Below are positions 1 through 9,642 of a stretch of 64,000 nucleotides of DNA, one piece after another. The stretch is taken from NCBI GenBank assembly GCA_963705185.1, contig CAVPJF010000033.1:538-64537 (forward strand), written 5' to 3'. Origin of the DNA: an uncultured Bacteroidales bacterium. Its GTDB lineage: Bacteria > Bacteroidota > Bacteroidia > Bacteroidales > JAADJA01. Numbering within the stretch: position 1 is the stretch's first letter; each line of letters begins with the position of its first letter. The notes under the pieces are model-generated. The model was not told the origin of the DNA. It did no database searches and worked only from the letters and a program-made list of their open reading frames with translations. Made by a program: the position numbers and the translations under genes.

Positions 1-346
1 TAGTTTAAAATACTTATCAAAGGTGCGGGGGAATCGTTTTAAGGCCATAATAATTAAAATTTAATGTTGGTTACACTATAAGTTAATTGATCAATACCCA
101 AAATTAACAAAAAATTAACATAACGGCCAAATTTTTCGGATAAACTTTTTATCGTTTAAGCAAATATTTTTGCTGAAAAAGGTAAAAAAAGTCAAATAGC
201 TGAATGACAGAAGCTACAGTGGCCTTCTAAACTTTTGGGATAGATCTGCCAGAGTTGTCAGAGACTTCCCAAACTTTTAGTAACATAAGCCACACCCCAT
301 CTATGTATTCTTTCATTATTCGCATTCTCCTTTGATGAAATGGTTA

Positions 347-377
347 AAAGCGCCTGACCGGGTTCGCCAGGCGCTTT
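347..377 (-). terminator. Candidate rho-independent terminator downstream of CDS 407..1018
   Basis: Perfect 10-bp inverted repeat AAAGCGCCTG (347-356) / CAGGCGCTTT (368-377). It lies 30 nt past the stop codon. On the minus strand it is followed by TTTT. Confidence 0.55.
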
Positions 378-406
378 AATTAAATGGTTCGGATTGTTTT
401 GGCTGA

Positions 407-1018
407 TTAAAATTTATAGATTACACCTAATCCTTCCTCTGTTGTTCCCAGTTTTATTTGCTTTTGATAACTTTTAATATGCCCGTTTGCGGTTTCTATC
501 AGGATTACTTCTGGGATTGCAAGAGCCATACTTGCCGCCCAAAATCCGAAAAAGGTATTTCTGGCCTTTTCATCGTCACCATTTTGCATTAAACCAACAT
601 TGGTAATTATGATACCAGCCACAGGTAAAATCGTACGGGTGATGGATATGGCTTTAGCAGCATGGATGTTATCGAGAATTTTTTTCTTCACTATCAAATC
701 CTCGGCGGGGCATTCCCATTTCTTGATTTGTCTTCCGGCGCGGCCTATAAGGATTGGAGTGTTTGTCTGCATTCCGACACCCCCAAGGCTGAGCATGATT
801 CCCGGGCCGGCATTCTTATTATTTTCACTTATATTTGGGTTTACCATTGCATACCCAACTCCCTGGGTGATGAGCGAAACAAGACTCATGGCAGTAGCTC
901 CGCTAAGGCTTTTACGGGCGTCCGTCAAAAGGTCTCTTTGAGGTTCTGTGGATTTGTTTTGTGCATAACCCGAAATCCATCCGGATATCAGGATCATAAT
1001 TCCAATAATTGTTTTCAT
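407..1018 (-). CDS. Hypothetical exported/membrane protein (203 aa)
   Basis: Uninterrupted ORF with TAA stop. The N-terminal hydrophobic signal-like segment is MKTIIGIMILISGWISGYAQ. No family motif recognised. Confidence 0.6.
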   Translation of the reverse strand: MKTIIGIMILISGWISGYAQNKSTEPQRDLLTDARKSLSGATAMSLVSLITQGVGYAMVNPNISENNKNAGPGIMLSLGGVGMQTNTPILIGRAGRQIKKWECPAEDLIVKKKILDNIHAAKAISITRTILPVAGIIITNVGLMQNGDDEKARNTFFGFWAASMALAIPEVILIETANGHIKSYQKQIKLGTTEEGLGVIYKF

Positions 1019-1476
1019 AGCTTTAATTTTTTTAATAGTTAATTATTTATTTCTTCAAGGCACCTTATGCCTTGTAATATTTTCAGGAAGAAATGAACGA
1101 TTTACTTAAATAATTTAAAATCTATGATTCAAAATTAAGGGTGTCCCTTGGTGTTATGAAACTGGTATTTGCTTTGATGAAATTCTGGTTTAGTAAAATT
1201 TATTTAAATCTTATATTGAAAGGGAATTTTGAAAAGTATTGTAAAAATATTTCGCAAAACAGATTAATAAATCAGTTATAAATCGGAAATTTTGCAAAAT
1301 CTGAGAAAGGAATTTGCACTTTTTGCAAAAAAATAGAATTATTAAGATTTGTTTTTTATTTCAGCCGGTTAAAGTTGAACGGTCCTTATTTGTTTTGCCA
1401 GGATTCAAGTTTATCAGGAGTGTGTTAATTCGTCACTTTGGTGAGTACGGCTATTTACAGCAAGGTTCTCCCGTTT

Positions 1477-2167
1477 TCATCTCCTTTTTACTTCTAGCTT
1501 TTCAGTTTTTGGGCTGACATAAGGAATTCCAAGGCTCATCCCACGAAGGATAAAAAGAAGCCCAAGGATCACAATAAATACAGGGATCACTTTGCTTACC
1601 CTTTTTTTCAACCCCATGCTGATCATGTTTCCCATGATGGAAATGCCAAACAGCATGGGTATTGTTCCCAGTCCAAATAGCATCATAAATGCGATTCCCA
1701 TTACAACATCGTTTGTATTGATGGCTCCGGCAATGGCTACATAAACCAATCCGCAAGGAACAAACCGTTCAATAAACCGATCATGAACAATGAACCTAAA
1801 GAATCATTTGTAAATAGCATTCTGAATCCACTGGTCAATCGTCCGGCATATCCGCTGAATAGGTTGTCAATTTTATCTTTTCCCTGAAAATGAATGGAAA
1901 AACAACTGAAATGATCATGATAATGCCAATGGCTATAGAAGCCCATTGCTGCAATCCGGCAAGTTTAATTCCCCTGCCCAGCAAGCCAAACAATGCGCCC
2001 AGAAGGCCATACGTGAAGATCCTGCCAAAATTATAAAGCAAACCTCCGCTGATTTTCTTCAGCCAGTTTTCTTTTGCAAGTGGCAAGGCAATTGCAATCG
2101 GGCCGCACATGCCGGCGCAATGAAGACTACCAATCAACCCAATGGTTAAAGCGGTGAATAAATCCAT
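1477..2167 (-). pseudogene. TauE/SafE- or DsbD_2-like membrane protein of the cbb3 maturation cluster; frame broken twice as assembled
   Basis: Three consecutive ORF pieces (1835-2167, 1737-1946, 1477-1749) read as one polytopic protein. The N-terminus is GSLHCAGMCGPIAIALP and the C-terminus is GLGTIPMLFGI...ILRGMSLGIP. It sits in the usual position after fixH. Confidence 0.7.
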
Positions 2168-2174
2168 AAACTGA

Positions 2175-2266
2175 AATTAAATTCCAAAATCAAAATACTC
2201 AAATTCCAAACCTTAAGCAGAAATCCCAAATCTAAAGTCTAACATCTAATATCTAAAATCTTCCCC
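2175..2266. repeat. 7-nt-periodic degenerate repeat tract filling the fixH / TauE-like intergenic spacer
   Basis: The plus strand reads ...TCCCAAA TCTAAAG TCTAACA TCTAATA TCTAAAA TCTTCCC. This is preceded by ATTCCAA AATCAAA ATACTCA AATTCCA AACCTTA, giving about 13 heptads. Confidence 0.8.
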
Positions 2267-2719
2267 TTACGGCACAAACAACGGCTCTTCCTGGTAATAT
2301 CCCTTATTCCTGAAATTGTAGTCAATTTTAACCAGGTAATTGCCTTTATCAAACGAGATATTGGATACGACATTATTCCCAGAAGTATCGAGCTGAATAG
2401 GAACATTCACATCCCCGCTTACTCCGGAAGGCCTGTAAAACTGAATGGTCCCTGAAATGCTATCCGGTTTAAATATGGACGGAAACCGGATTACTACCGA
2501 ACTTCCAAGTTTCTCAACTCTGGCTTTTTCTTCCAGTTGAGCCGTATTGTTCAGTTTGTCAATTCTTTGCTGATACACCAAAGCTTTAGGGTAATAATCT
2601 TTTTCGACCAGGTCAAAATTTTGCTTGAACATAAAATAGGCAAATACTGCAATCATCAGGATGAATAAACTCGCTCCGATAAATAATCCGGTTCCCCAAT
2701 TCCATTTGATTTTCATCAT
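2267..2719 (-). CDS. fixH: FixH family protein (cbb3 oxidase maturation)
   Basis: 150 aa with a single N-terminal TM (WGTGLFIGASLFILMIAVFAYFMF) followed by DLVEKDYYPK. It lies immediately downstream of ccoG. Confidence 0.8.
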   Translation of the reverse strand: MMKIKWNWGTGLFIGASLFILMIAVFAYFMFKQNFDLVEKDYYPKALVYQQRIDKLNNTAQLEEKARVEKLGSSVVIRFPSIFKPDSISGTIQFYRPSGVSGDVNVPIQLDTSGNNVVSNISFDKGNYLVKIDYNFRNKGYYQEEPLFVP

Positions 2720-2725
2720 TAACTG

Positions 2726-4169
2726 TTATTTTTTATCCAGTGAATTTGGCCCAACAAAAGATGCTTTATATTCTTCGATCAATTCATTTTCGGAATAAAC
2801 GCCAAATTTCAACAGGGTATTGGATGAATTGAGCTGATCTTTTTGAATTGCAACCAGAAAAGTTCCTTTTCCAACACTGCCTTTTTCAGCAACGATCGGA
2901 TCGCCCAATGGAATAATTTCACCCTGGGGTTCAATCAGTTTAACCGAAACATTATGGTGATCACGCGTTTTATTTACAACTTCAATCTGGTAAATATTGC
3001 TGTAACTGCTATCCCCATATTCCTGAAATAAAGTTCCCTTCTGACGCAAGATGGTGGTTTCAAAATCAGTCCTGAAGATCAAAAGAGAAGCAACAATTAA
3101 GAGCAGAATGGTCAAAACAGCCGAATAAGCAATGGAACGGGGATTAAAGATTGACCGGATACCTTCTGTAATTCCTTTTTCTGAATCATAACGGATCAGT
3201 CCACGGGGTTTTCCTGTCCTGTCCATGATGGCATCGCAGGCATCAATGCAGGCTGTGCAATTAATGCACTCCAATTGGGTGCCATTCCTGATATCAATGT
3301 TGGTCGGACAAACGACAACACAACTTGAACAATCAATACAGTCACCTTTCCTGAAGTTAGACCGATCTTCGAGTGGATTGTGCTTCCCTCTTGGTTCTCC
3401 TCTCTTATGATCATAAGCCACCACAATCGATTTGTTATCGAGCATAACACCCTGCAAACGGCCATATGGACAGGCAATGAGGCATACCTGTTCCCGGAAA
3501 AATGCAAAAATGAAATAGAAAGCTCCTGAAAAGACGATGACTGCCAGAAAACTTCCCAGATGAGTTGTTGGCCCATCAGTAATTAAAACTTTTAACTTGT
3601 CTGAACCAATGATATAGGAAAGAAAAGTATTGGCAATGATAAATGATATAATAAAAAATATGGATTGTTTCAATGTCTTCTTCCAGATCTTTTTCAAAGT
3701 TCCATTCCTGCCGGTTTAATTTTTTCTGCGCACTGAAATCACCTTCAATCCAATATTCAATTTGCCTGAAAACAAATTCCATAAATATAGTTTGTGGGCA
3801 AACCCAGCCACAGAAAATCCTTCCAAAAACAACAGTAAATAAAATAATGAAGACTGCAAGTGAAATGAGCGATAACACAATGATGTGAAAATCCTGTGGC
3901 CAGATAATAACTCCGAAAAGGATGAATTTCCGTTCGAGGATATTGAGCAGGATGAATGGATCGCCTTTGTATCTTAAATGCGGCAGGATAAGCAAAATTA
4001 TAAGGAGGATGCATGCTACAATCTTTCGGTAATTATATAATTTCCCTTTTGGTTTTTTAGGATAAACCCATACCCGTTTTCCTTCACTGCTAACGGTCGA
4101 TATTCGATCACGGAAAAAGACTTTATCTTTCTCTTTTTGGTCTTCGCTATTCATAATTTTATCAATCAA
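2726..4169 (-). pseudogene. ccoG: Cytochrome c oxidase accessory protein CcoG (4Fe-4S ferredoxin-type); one frameshift as assembled
   Basis: Motifs: FCGWVCPQT, CPYGRLQGV, CIDCSSCVVVCPT and CINCTACIDACD. Pieces 3576-4169 and 2726-3697 join at ...QEWNFEK|IWKKTLK. The break lies in the run GAAAAAG near 3690. Confidence 0.85.
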
Positions 4170-4246
4170 AAATTAAAAACCAATGCGAATTAATCAAAAA
4201 ATCTGGCAGACGGCAAAACCAAAACCAGATTTTGGTAGCAAACAAA

Positions 4247-4867
4247 TTAATATGGCCATTCCTTCAGTTCTCCCTGAGGCGCTTTGGGATTGGCAGGTGT
4301 TGTACCGTGTAATGTAATGATATAGCTGAGGACTTCCAGTCGCTGCTGAGGTGAATACTGATCCTTATAAGATATCATGCCTTTTTCCAGCACACCATTG
4401 GTTACTGTAGTAAACATATCCTGAATAGTATTGCCATGAATCCAGTAATCATCCGTCATATTCGGTCCAACCAGTCCGCCACCATCCACAAGATGACAAA
4501 CAGCGCAAATCTTGTCGAAAATGGCTTTTCCATTAGCAATTGAAGTTGGGTCAGTTAAAACCTTTATTTCAAATGTTTCTGTAGTTGACTGTGCAGGAGC
4601 CATGCTGGCAGCCTGTGCCATTTCCTTATTGTATTCCGACTGCTGAACCAGATCATCTGCCTCGAAAACAAATAACCTAACGAGATATACTATGGCAAAT
4701 ACAATGGTGATATAAAACAACCATTTCCACCAGGGTGGCAGATCATTATCCAGTTCACGGATACCATCGTATTCATGGTCGCTGATCAGCCTGTCGTTGG
4801 TCAGGGTATCGATTTCATAATCCTGTTCCTGACTATTATTTTTTACATTTTCATTTTCTGTGCTCAT
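4247..4867 (-). CDS. ccoP: cbb3-type cytochrome c oxidase subunit CcoP-like (single CxxCH)
   Basis: FixP_N-type N-terminus DHEYDGIRELDNDLPPWWKWLFYITIVFA, plus the haem c motif CAVCH. Confidence 0.8.
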   Translation of the reverse strand: MSTENENVKNNSQEQDYEIDTLTNDRLISDHEYDGIRELDNDLPPWWKWLFYITIVFAIVYLVRLFVFEADDLVQQSEYNKEMAQAASMAPAQSTTETFEIKVLTDPTSIANGKAIFDKICAVCHLVDGGGLVGPNMTDDYWIHGNTIQDMFTTVTNGVLEKGMISYKDQYSPQQRLEVLSYIITLHGTTPANPKAPQGELKEWPY

Positions 4868-4888
4868 ATTTCATTTCTTTTATTCTAT

Positions 4889-5077
4889 TTAATAATTGTC
4901 ATCCCGGTCTTCATTATTCAGAGGCATGTTTTTCATTTCTTCGGCATGTTCTTTTCGCATTCTGATTACACTTATCAGAACAACGATAAAGAAGACAAAA
5001 AAGAATGAAACTGAAATGGCCGACAATACATCCATTCCTTTTACATCCTCCAATAAACTTGAAATGACCTTGTACAT
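4889..5077 (-). CDS. ccoQ: CcoQ/FixQ-like small membrane subunit
   Basis: 62 aa with one TM (LSAISVSFFFVFFIVVLISVI) and an acidic tail. It lies between ccoNO and ccoP. Confidence 0.6.
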   Translation of the reverse strand: MYKVISSLLEDVKGMDVLSAISVSFFFVFFIVVLISVIRMRKEHAEEMKNMPLNNEDRDDNY

Positions 5078-5094
5078 ATATATTGATTGAATTA

Positions 5095-7230
5095 TTATTT
5101 ACTTACCATTTCAGGATTTGCTCCCACATCGGTACCTAACCTTTGAAGGTAAGCAATTAGTGCAATGATCTGTTTCTGATCCTCAACCTGAATACCCGCA
5201 TTCCTTAATCCGGAAGCAATGGCATTGGCCTGTTTGTTCAGCTCATCTATTGAATTTGATTCAAACCCGGCGGGATAAGGTACGCCCAGGCTCCGCATTC
5301 CTTTTATCTTTGCCGGGGTACTGGCTATATCAATATCTTTTTTGGCAAGCCATGGATACGCCGGCATGATGGATTGAATGTTGGTTTTCTGAGGATTGAC
5401 AAGATGTTCGTAATGCCATGAATCGGGTTTGTAAATTTTCCCTGTTTTTACACCTTCTCTCGCCAAATCCGGACCTGTACGTCTTGATCCCCATTGGAAC
5501 GGATGATCGTAAACGCTTTCACCGGATTTGGAATAATCGCCGTAACGCTCAACTTCCGAACGAAATGGTCTGATCATTTGCGAGTGGCAATTATAACATC
5601 CTTCCTTAATGTAGATATCACGACCCTGAAGTTCAAGCGGTGTATAGGGTTTTACACTGGCAATCGTTTTAATATTCGATTTGATTACAAAAAGCGGAAC
5701 GAATTCGATGATGGTTCCGATAAGGATGGCGACGAGAGCAAGAATGGCGAAAGTGACAGGTTTGCCCTCGATCCTCCTGTGAAAATTTTCAGTTGAAACT
5801 TTCTTTTCAAGTGCCGGAGCCTGATCATCTTCAAATCTAACAAACTTGCCCGATTTTGCTGTTTTTACCAGGTTAATGACCATTAATATTCCACCTGCCA
5901 GATACAGAATACCTCCCACTACCCTCAGCATGTGCATCGGACGAATCTGGAGATAGGTTTCGAGAAAGTTGGGATATTTCAGGTACCCTTCAGCCGTAAA
6001 TTCTTTCCACATCAGGGCTTGTGTGAATCCTGCAAAATAGAGCGGAATGGCAAAGAAGAGCATCCCCAAAGTTGCCAGCCAGAAATGGGTATTGGCCATT
6101 GCCTTTGAATAGAGTTTGACTTTATAAAAGCGGGGGAATAACCAGTATAGCATACCGAATGTCATCATCCCGTTCCAGCCAAGCGCGCCGATATGAACAT
6201 GGGCGATGGTCCAGTCAGTAAAGTGGCTGATGGCATTGACACTTTTCAGCGACAAAAGCGGACCTTCCAGGGTTGCCATACCATAAGCCGTAACACCCAC
6301 AACGAACATTTTTAAAACAGGATCCTCCCGAACTTTATCCCATGCTCCTCTCAGGGTAAGTAATCCATTGATCATTCCTCCCCATGACGGAGCGATCAGC
6401 ACAATCGAGAATACAACACCCAGCGCCTGAATCCAATTGGGAGTAGAGGAATAGAGTAAATGGTGCGGACCTGCCCAAATATAAAGGAAAATCAATGCCC
6501 AAAAGTGAATGATGGAAAGCTTGTATGAATAAATCGGCCTGTTAGCAGCTTTAGGAATAAAATAATACATCAGTCCGAGGTAAGCAGCCGTCAGGAAAAA
6601 TGCCACTGCATTATGACCATACCACCACTGTACAAAGGCATCCTGTACTCCGGCATATATCGGATAACTTTTAAAAAAACTTACCGGCAATTCAAGTGAG
6701 TTCGTAATGTGAAGTACTGCTACTGTTACAACTGCAGAGATGTAGAACCAAATGGCCACATAAATATGACGGGTCCTTCTTTTGATCAGGGTGCCAATCA
6801 AATTCCAGCCAAATACAACCCAGATCAGGGTGATAAGGATGTCGATCGGAAATTCCAGTTCTGCATATTCTTTACCGGTTGTTAATCCAAGGGGTAAAGT
6901 AATGGCTGCACAAACAATAATGAATTGCCAGCCCCAGAAATGAATCTTTCCCAATAACTCGCTAAACATGGGTGTCTTTAGCAATCTTGGTGTAGAATAA
7001 TAGATCGCTGTAAAGATTCCGTTACCCACAAATGCAAATATTACCGCGTTGGTGTGCAAGGGTCTGAGCCTTCCAAAGGTGATAAACTCGAGGTTCAGGT
7101 TTAACCACGGATAGATAAGCTCGGTGGCGATAATCAGTCCCACCAGAAAACCAACTACACCCCATAAAACAGTTGCGACAGCAAAGTATTTCGCTATCCT
7201 GTTGTCGTAAGTAAATTTTTCTAAAGCCAT
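5095..7230 (-). CDS. ccoN: cbb3-type cytochrome c oxidase, fused subunits I/II (CcoN-CcoO)
   Basis: 711 aa. It has a polytopic haem-copper oxidase core (HFWALIF..., HVHIGALGW) and a C-terminal CcoO-type mono-haem domain (CYNCHSQMIRP). Confidence 0.93.
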   Translation of the reverse strand: MALEKFTYDNRIAKYFAVATVLWGVVGFLVGLIIATELIYPWLNLNLEFITFGRLRPLHTNAVIFAFVGNGIFTAIYYSTPRLLKTPMFSELLGKIHFWGWQFIIVCAAITLPLGLTTGKEYAELEFPIDILITLIWVVFGWNLIGTLIKRRTRHIYVAIWFYISAVVTVAVLHITNSLELPVSFFKSYPIYAGVQDAFVQWWYGHNAVAFFLTAAYLGLMYYFIPKAANRPIYSYKLSIIHFWALIFLYIWAGPHHLLYSSTPNWIQALGVVFSIVLIAPSWGGMINGLLTLRGAWDKVREDPVLKMFVVGVTAYGMATLEGPLLSLKSVNAISHFTDWTIAHVHIGALGWNGMMTFGMLYWLFPRFYKVKLYSKAMANTHFWLATLGMLFFAIPLYFAGFTQALMWKEFTAEGYLKYPNFLETYLQIRPMHMLRVVGGILYLAGGILMVINLVKTAKSGKFVRFEDDQAPALEKKVSTENFHRRIEGKPVTFAILALVAILIGTIIEFVPLFVIKSNIKTIASVKPYTPLELQGRDIYIKEGCYNCHSQMIRPFRSEVERYGDYSKSGESVYDHPFQWGSRRTGPDLAREGVKTGKIYKPDSWHYEHLVNPQKTNIQSIMPAYPWLAKKDIDIASTPAKIKGMRSLGVPYPAGFESNSIDELNKQANAIASGLRNAGIQVEDQKQIIALIAYLQRLGTDVGANPEMVSK

Positions 7231-7241
7231 AAATGTTAAAT

Positions 7242-7466
7242 TTAATTATTATTGGATTTATCCACGTCGTCCTTTTTGTTTACTTCTTTTAAATCAGCAG
7301 CATTCTGGTCAATGTCAGCTTCAGGTTTATAATCGTCGAATAGCATTCTGACGGAGGGAGTATAGTCATCATCATATTGACCGCTTCTGACAGCCCATAT
7401 GAAGGCAATTAAAAAACCTCCTGCAACAAATATCCCTAAACCTATTAAAAAATAAATGACAGACAT
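7242..7466 (-). CDS. ccoS: cbb3 oxidase assembly protein CcoS
   Basis: 74 aa: MSVIYFLIGLGIFVAGGFLIAFIWAVRSGQYDD. It lies directly upstream of ccoNO. Confidence 0.85.
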   Translation of the reverse strand: MSVIYFLIGLGIFVAGGFLIAFIWAVRSGQYDDDYTPSVRMLFDDYKPEADIDQNAADLKEVNKKDDVDKSNNN

Positions 7467-7491
7467 TAAAACCTATTTAGGTATTTTGTTA

Positions 7492-7522
7492 CAAAAATAA
7501 ATTTAACTGGAAATTTAACAAA
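7492..7522 (-). promoter_or_regulatory. Candidate Bacteroidota sigma-A promoter for ccoS-ccoNO
   Basis: On the minus strand there is a TTTG (7519-7522), 19 nt of spacer, then TATTTTTG (7492-7499, matching TAnnTTTG). The -7 box ends 26 nt upstream of the ccoS ATG. Confidence 0.45.
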
Positions 7523-7586
7523 TTTTTAACAAATGAACTTACGAACAAAGGGAGAAAAAGAAGTTGAGTGAAAATCTATTTTACTT

Positions 7587-9215
7587 CTACTGAGGAATAT
7601 TGGAGTGACTCAGATAGTTGATAATTATAAATTCGTTTTTATCGGGATTGTTAGCTTGCCCGTCGAAATTAAGATCGCCAGGCAGATAACCTGACTGTCC
7701 CGCTTGATTTTTCCAGATTAAGGACTTGTCATTTTCATTCACCACACCATTGGCATCACAATCGCCGGCAATCATTCCCCAAATTCCGGGAGCCAACTGT
7801 TTCTGTCCGTTGAGGTAGGCTTTGTCTGTGCCGGTCGTAAAGTCGTAATTAAAGACATTACCGGTCAAACTAAGAGGGAAAGCGCTCATCACTCCGAGGT
7901 GATTTCGGTGCCAGATGACGATGAATAATTGATGAATTATTGAATTGTTGAATTGTAGATTTGACATGCCATCCAATCCTTTGATCGTACCATCCCTTAA
8001 TAAAAATCCTGTTTGCCGGCTTATGATTGTTCCTGAACCGGCAGATACAGCATTGGGAGCATCCCTCAGTTCAACTAAAACCCAATCGACAATATCGGAG
8101 TTTGGAATGGTGACAACAGGTTCACTGCCGGTTGAGTACCAGGGCGCTCCGGCATAAGGATCGGTTAATGGCAAAACAGGATTTATGCCTGTACTCATTT
8201 CTGAACCATTGAACGGGCCTTCCAGAAATACTTTTAAGGAAAGTTCGTAATTCTGAAGAACAACATCAGGCTGGATAATAAATTTACTGATAACAGGCAG
8301 GTGATCCGACATGTTATAAATAGCCTGAATAATGGAATCAGGAAGTGAAGTATTTACTGGGGAATCGGTAAGCGCTGCATTAAAATGCTGGCCATCGTTT
8401 CCAAATGCCTTAATGGAATTGTTAATGTAACTTATATTGTTTGATCCCGAAAGGATGTCATCCGTGAATAAGCATAAAATCAAAACGGTCATCCATTCCG
8501 CCGGTAGCTCCACCACCAAATTGAGCAGTCCGTGGGCTTTGGGTATGAATAGATGCAAAAGCAGCATCGTCGTGCCAGTCGCCTGCAGGCAAAACATCAT
8601 TGAGGGGGTATAATCCATCGTTGATAAGCGACCAGTAAGCCGGCTCAGACGAAGCATTGTAAAAATTCAGGTCGCCACCGAAAATCATGTTTTCAATGTT
8701 GGGTTTGGCATTGACATAATCTTTAAATTTCAAAACTTCATCCAGACGTTCAGATTCATATCCGGTACTGGCTTTCAGATGGGCCACATAGAAATAGAAA
8801 AATACAGTATCTTCTGCCGGTTGCTGTAAGTTGTAATAGAGAACATATTCATTCATCCTGCGGGGCAGGGTTCCGATGGTATCCTGTGAATAGAGGGTGA
8901 ACTTATCACTGTTGTAGAAAAGCATGTTGTCGGTATCGGGGCCATCGATAAAAGCAGCTTTTTCATACTTCGTTTCACCAAAAACATTCAAACCATCCTG
9001 CAGAAGTGTTTGTGCTCCATTACCTGAAATCAATTCGGTAATCAATATTAAATCGGGTTTGACGTACTGGTTGATCTGCCTGAAATACTGAACGCGCGAC
9101 CCGGTGCTGCCGGGATAGTTGAGTACATTGTAGTACATGATGGTGGCAGTGTCGGTTTGGGAAAAACCAACAAGATTGCCATAACATTGCAAAGCAATGT
9201 GAATAAACGACGCAT
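7587..9215 (-). pseudogene. Endonuclease/exonuclease/phosphatase (EEP) family protein with C-terminal dockerin/EF-hand-like repeats; at least 2 frameshifts as assembled
   Basis: The EEP-like core runs IMYYNVLNYPG...LILITEL...GGDLNFY...DDRFDFMLI. The C-terminus has DCDANGVVNENDK...GDLNFDGQANNPDKN. A plausible signal peptide MRRLFTLLCNVMAILLVF starts at 9215 in another frame. A second break lies near 8467. Confidence 0.65.
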
Positions 9216-9341
9216 ACTTTCGACCTGAATAAGGCGGCAAAAATAGAATAAATTATAATATCCGAATTATGATATATGAAATCTGATTAACACAATAATC
9301 TAAATCAGCAGAGGAATGGAATTAATAATCAGACAAGAAAA

Positions 9342-9377
9342 CCACGGAGATACAGAGAGCATGGAGGGACACGGAGG
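9342..9377 (+). repeat. CCAC-GGAG type short-period repeat block (single arm)
   Basis: The sequence is CCACGGAG ATACAGAG AG CATGGAG GGA CACGGAG G. It has the same architecture as the left arm of the 56.5-kb hairpin element. Confidence 0.6.
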
Positions 9378-9642
9378 AAAGACAAATAAGGGACTTAAAC
9401 AGTACAAGTTATGTTACTGTACAAGCGAAGGCTTGAAGCAGAGAGGTTTTTTACAATTTAGATCCCATGAATTTAACAATGAACAAAATTAGCTAATTAC
9501 ATTTTTGATGTCACAAAACGGTTTAATCAATGTGCTAATTATTCAATGTGCGAATTAAATAATTTGCCAGCAGGCTGACGGGCTGGATGCGAGCGTAAAT
9601 CTGCAATTACAGTTTTCTTGAAAACATTAAATAGATAAATTG

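Noticed and set aside
1314-1517. 67-aa plus-strand ORF in the spacer after the cbb3 cluster
   Set aside because: It has an AT-rich, low-complexity translation and overlaps the 3' end of the TauE-like gene on the other strand. There is no motif or promoter support.
5095-7230. Fusion of CcoN and CcoO into one 711-aa protein
   Set aside because: This is a known lineage-typical feature of Bacteroidota cbb3 oxidases and is not novel.
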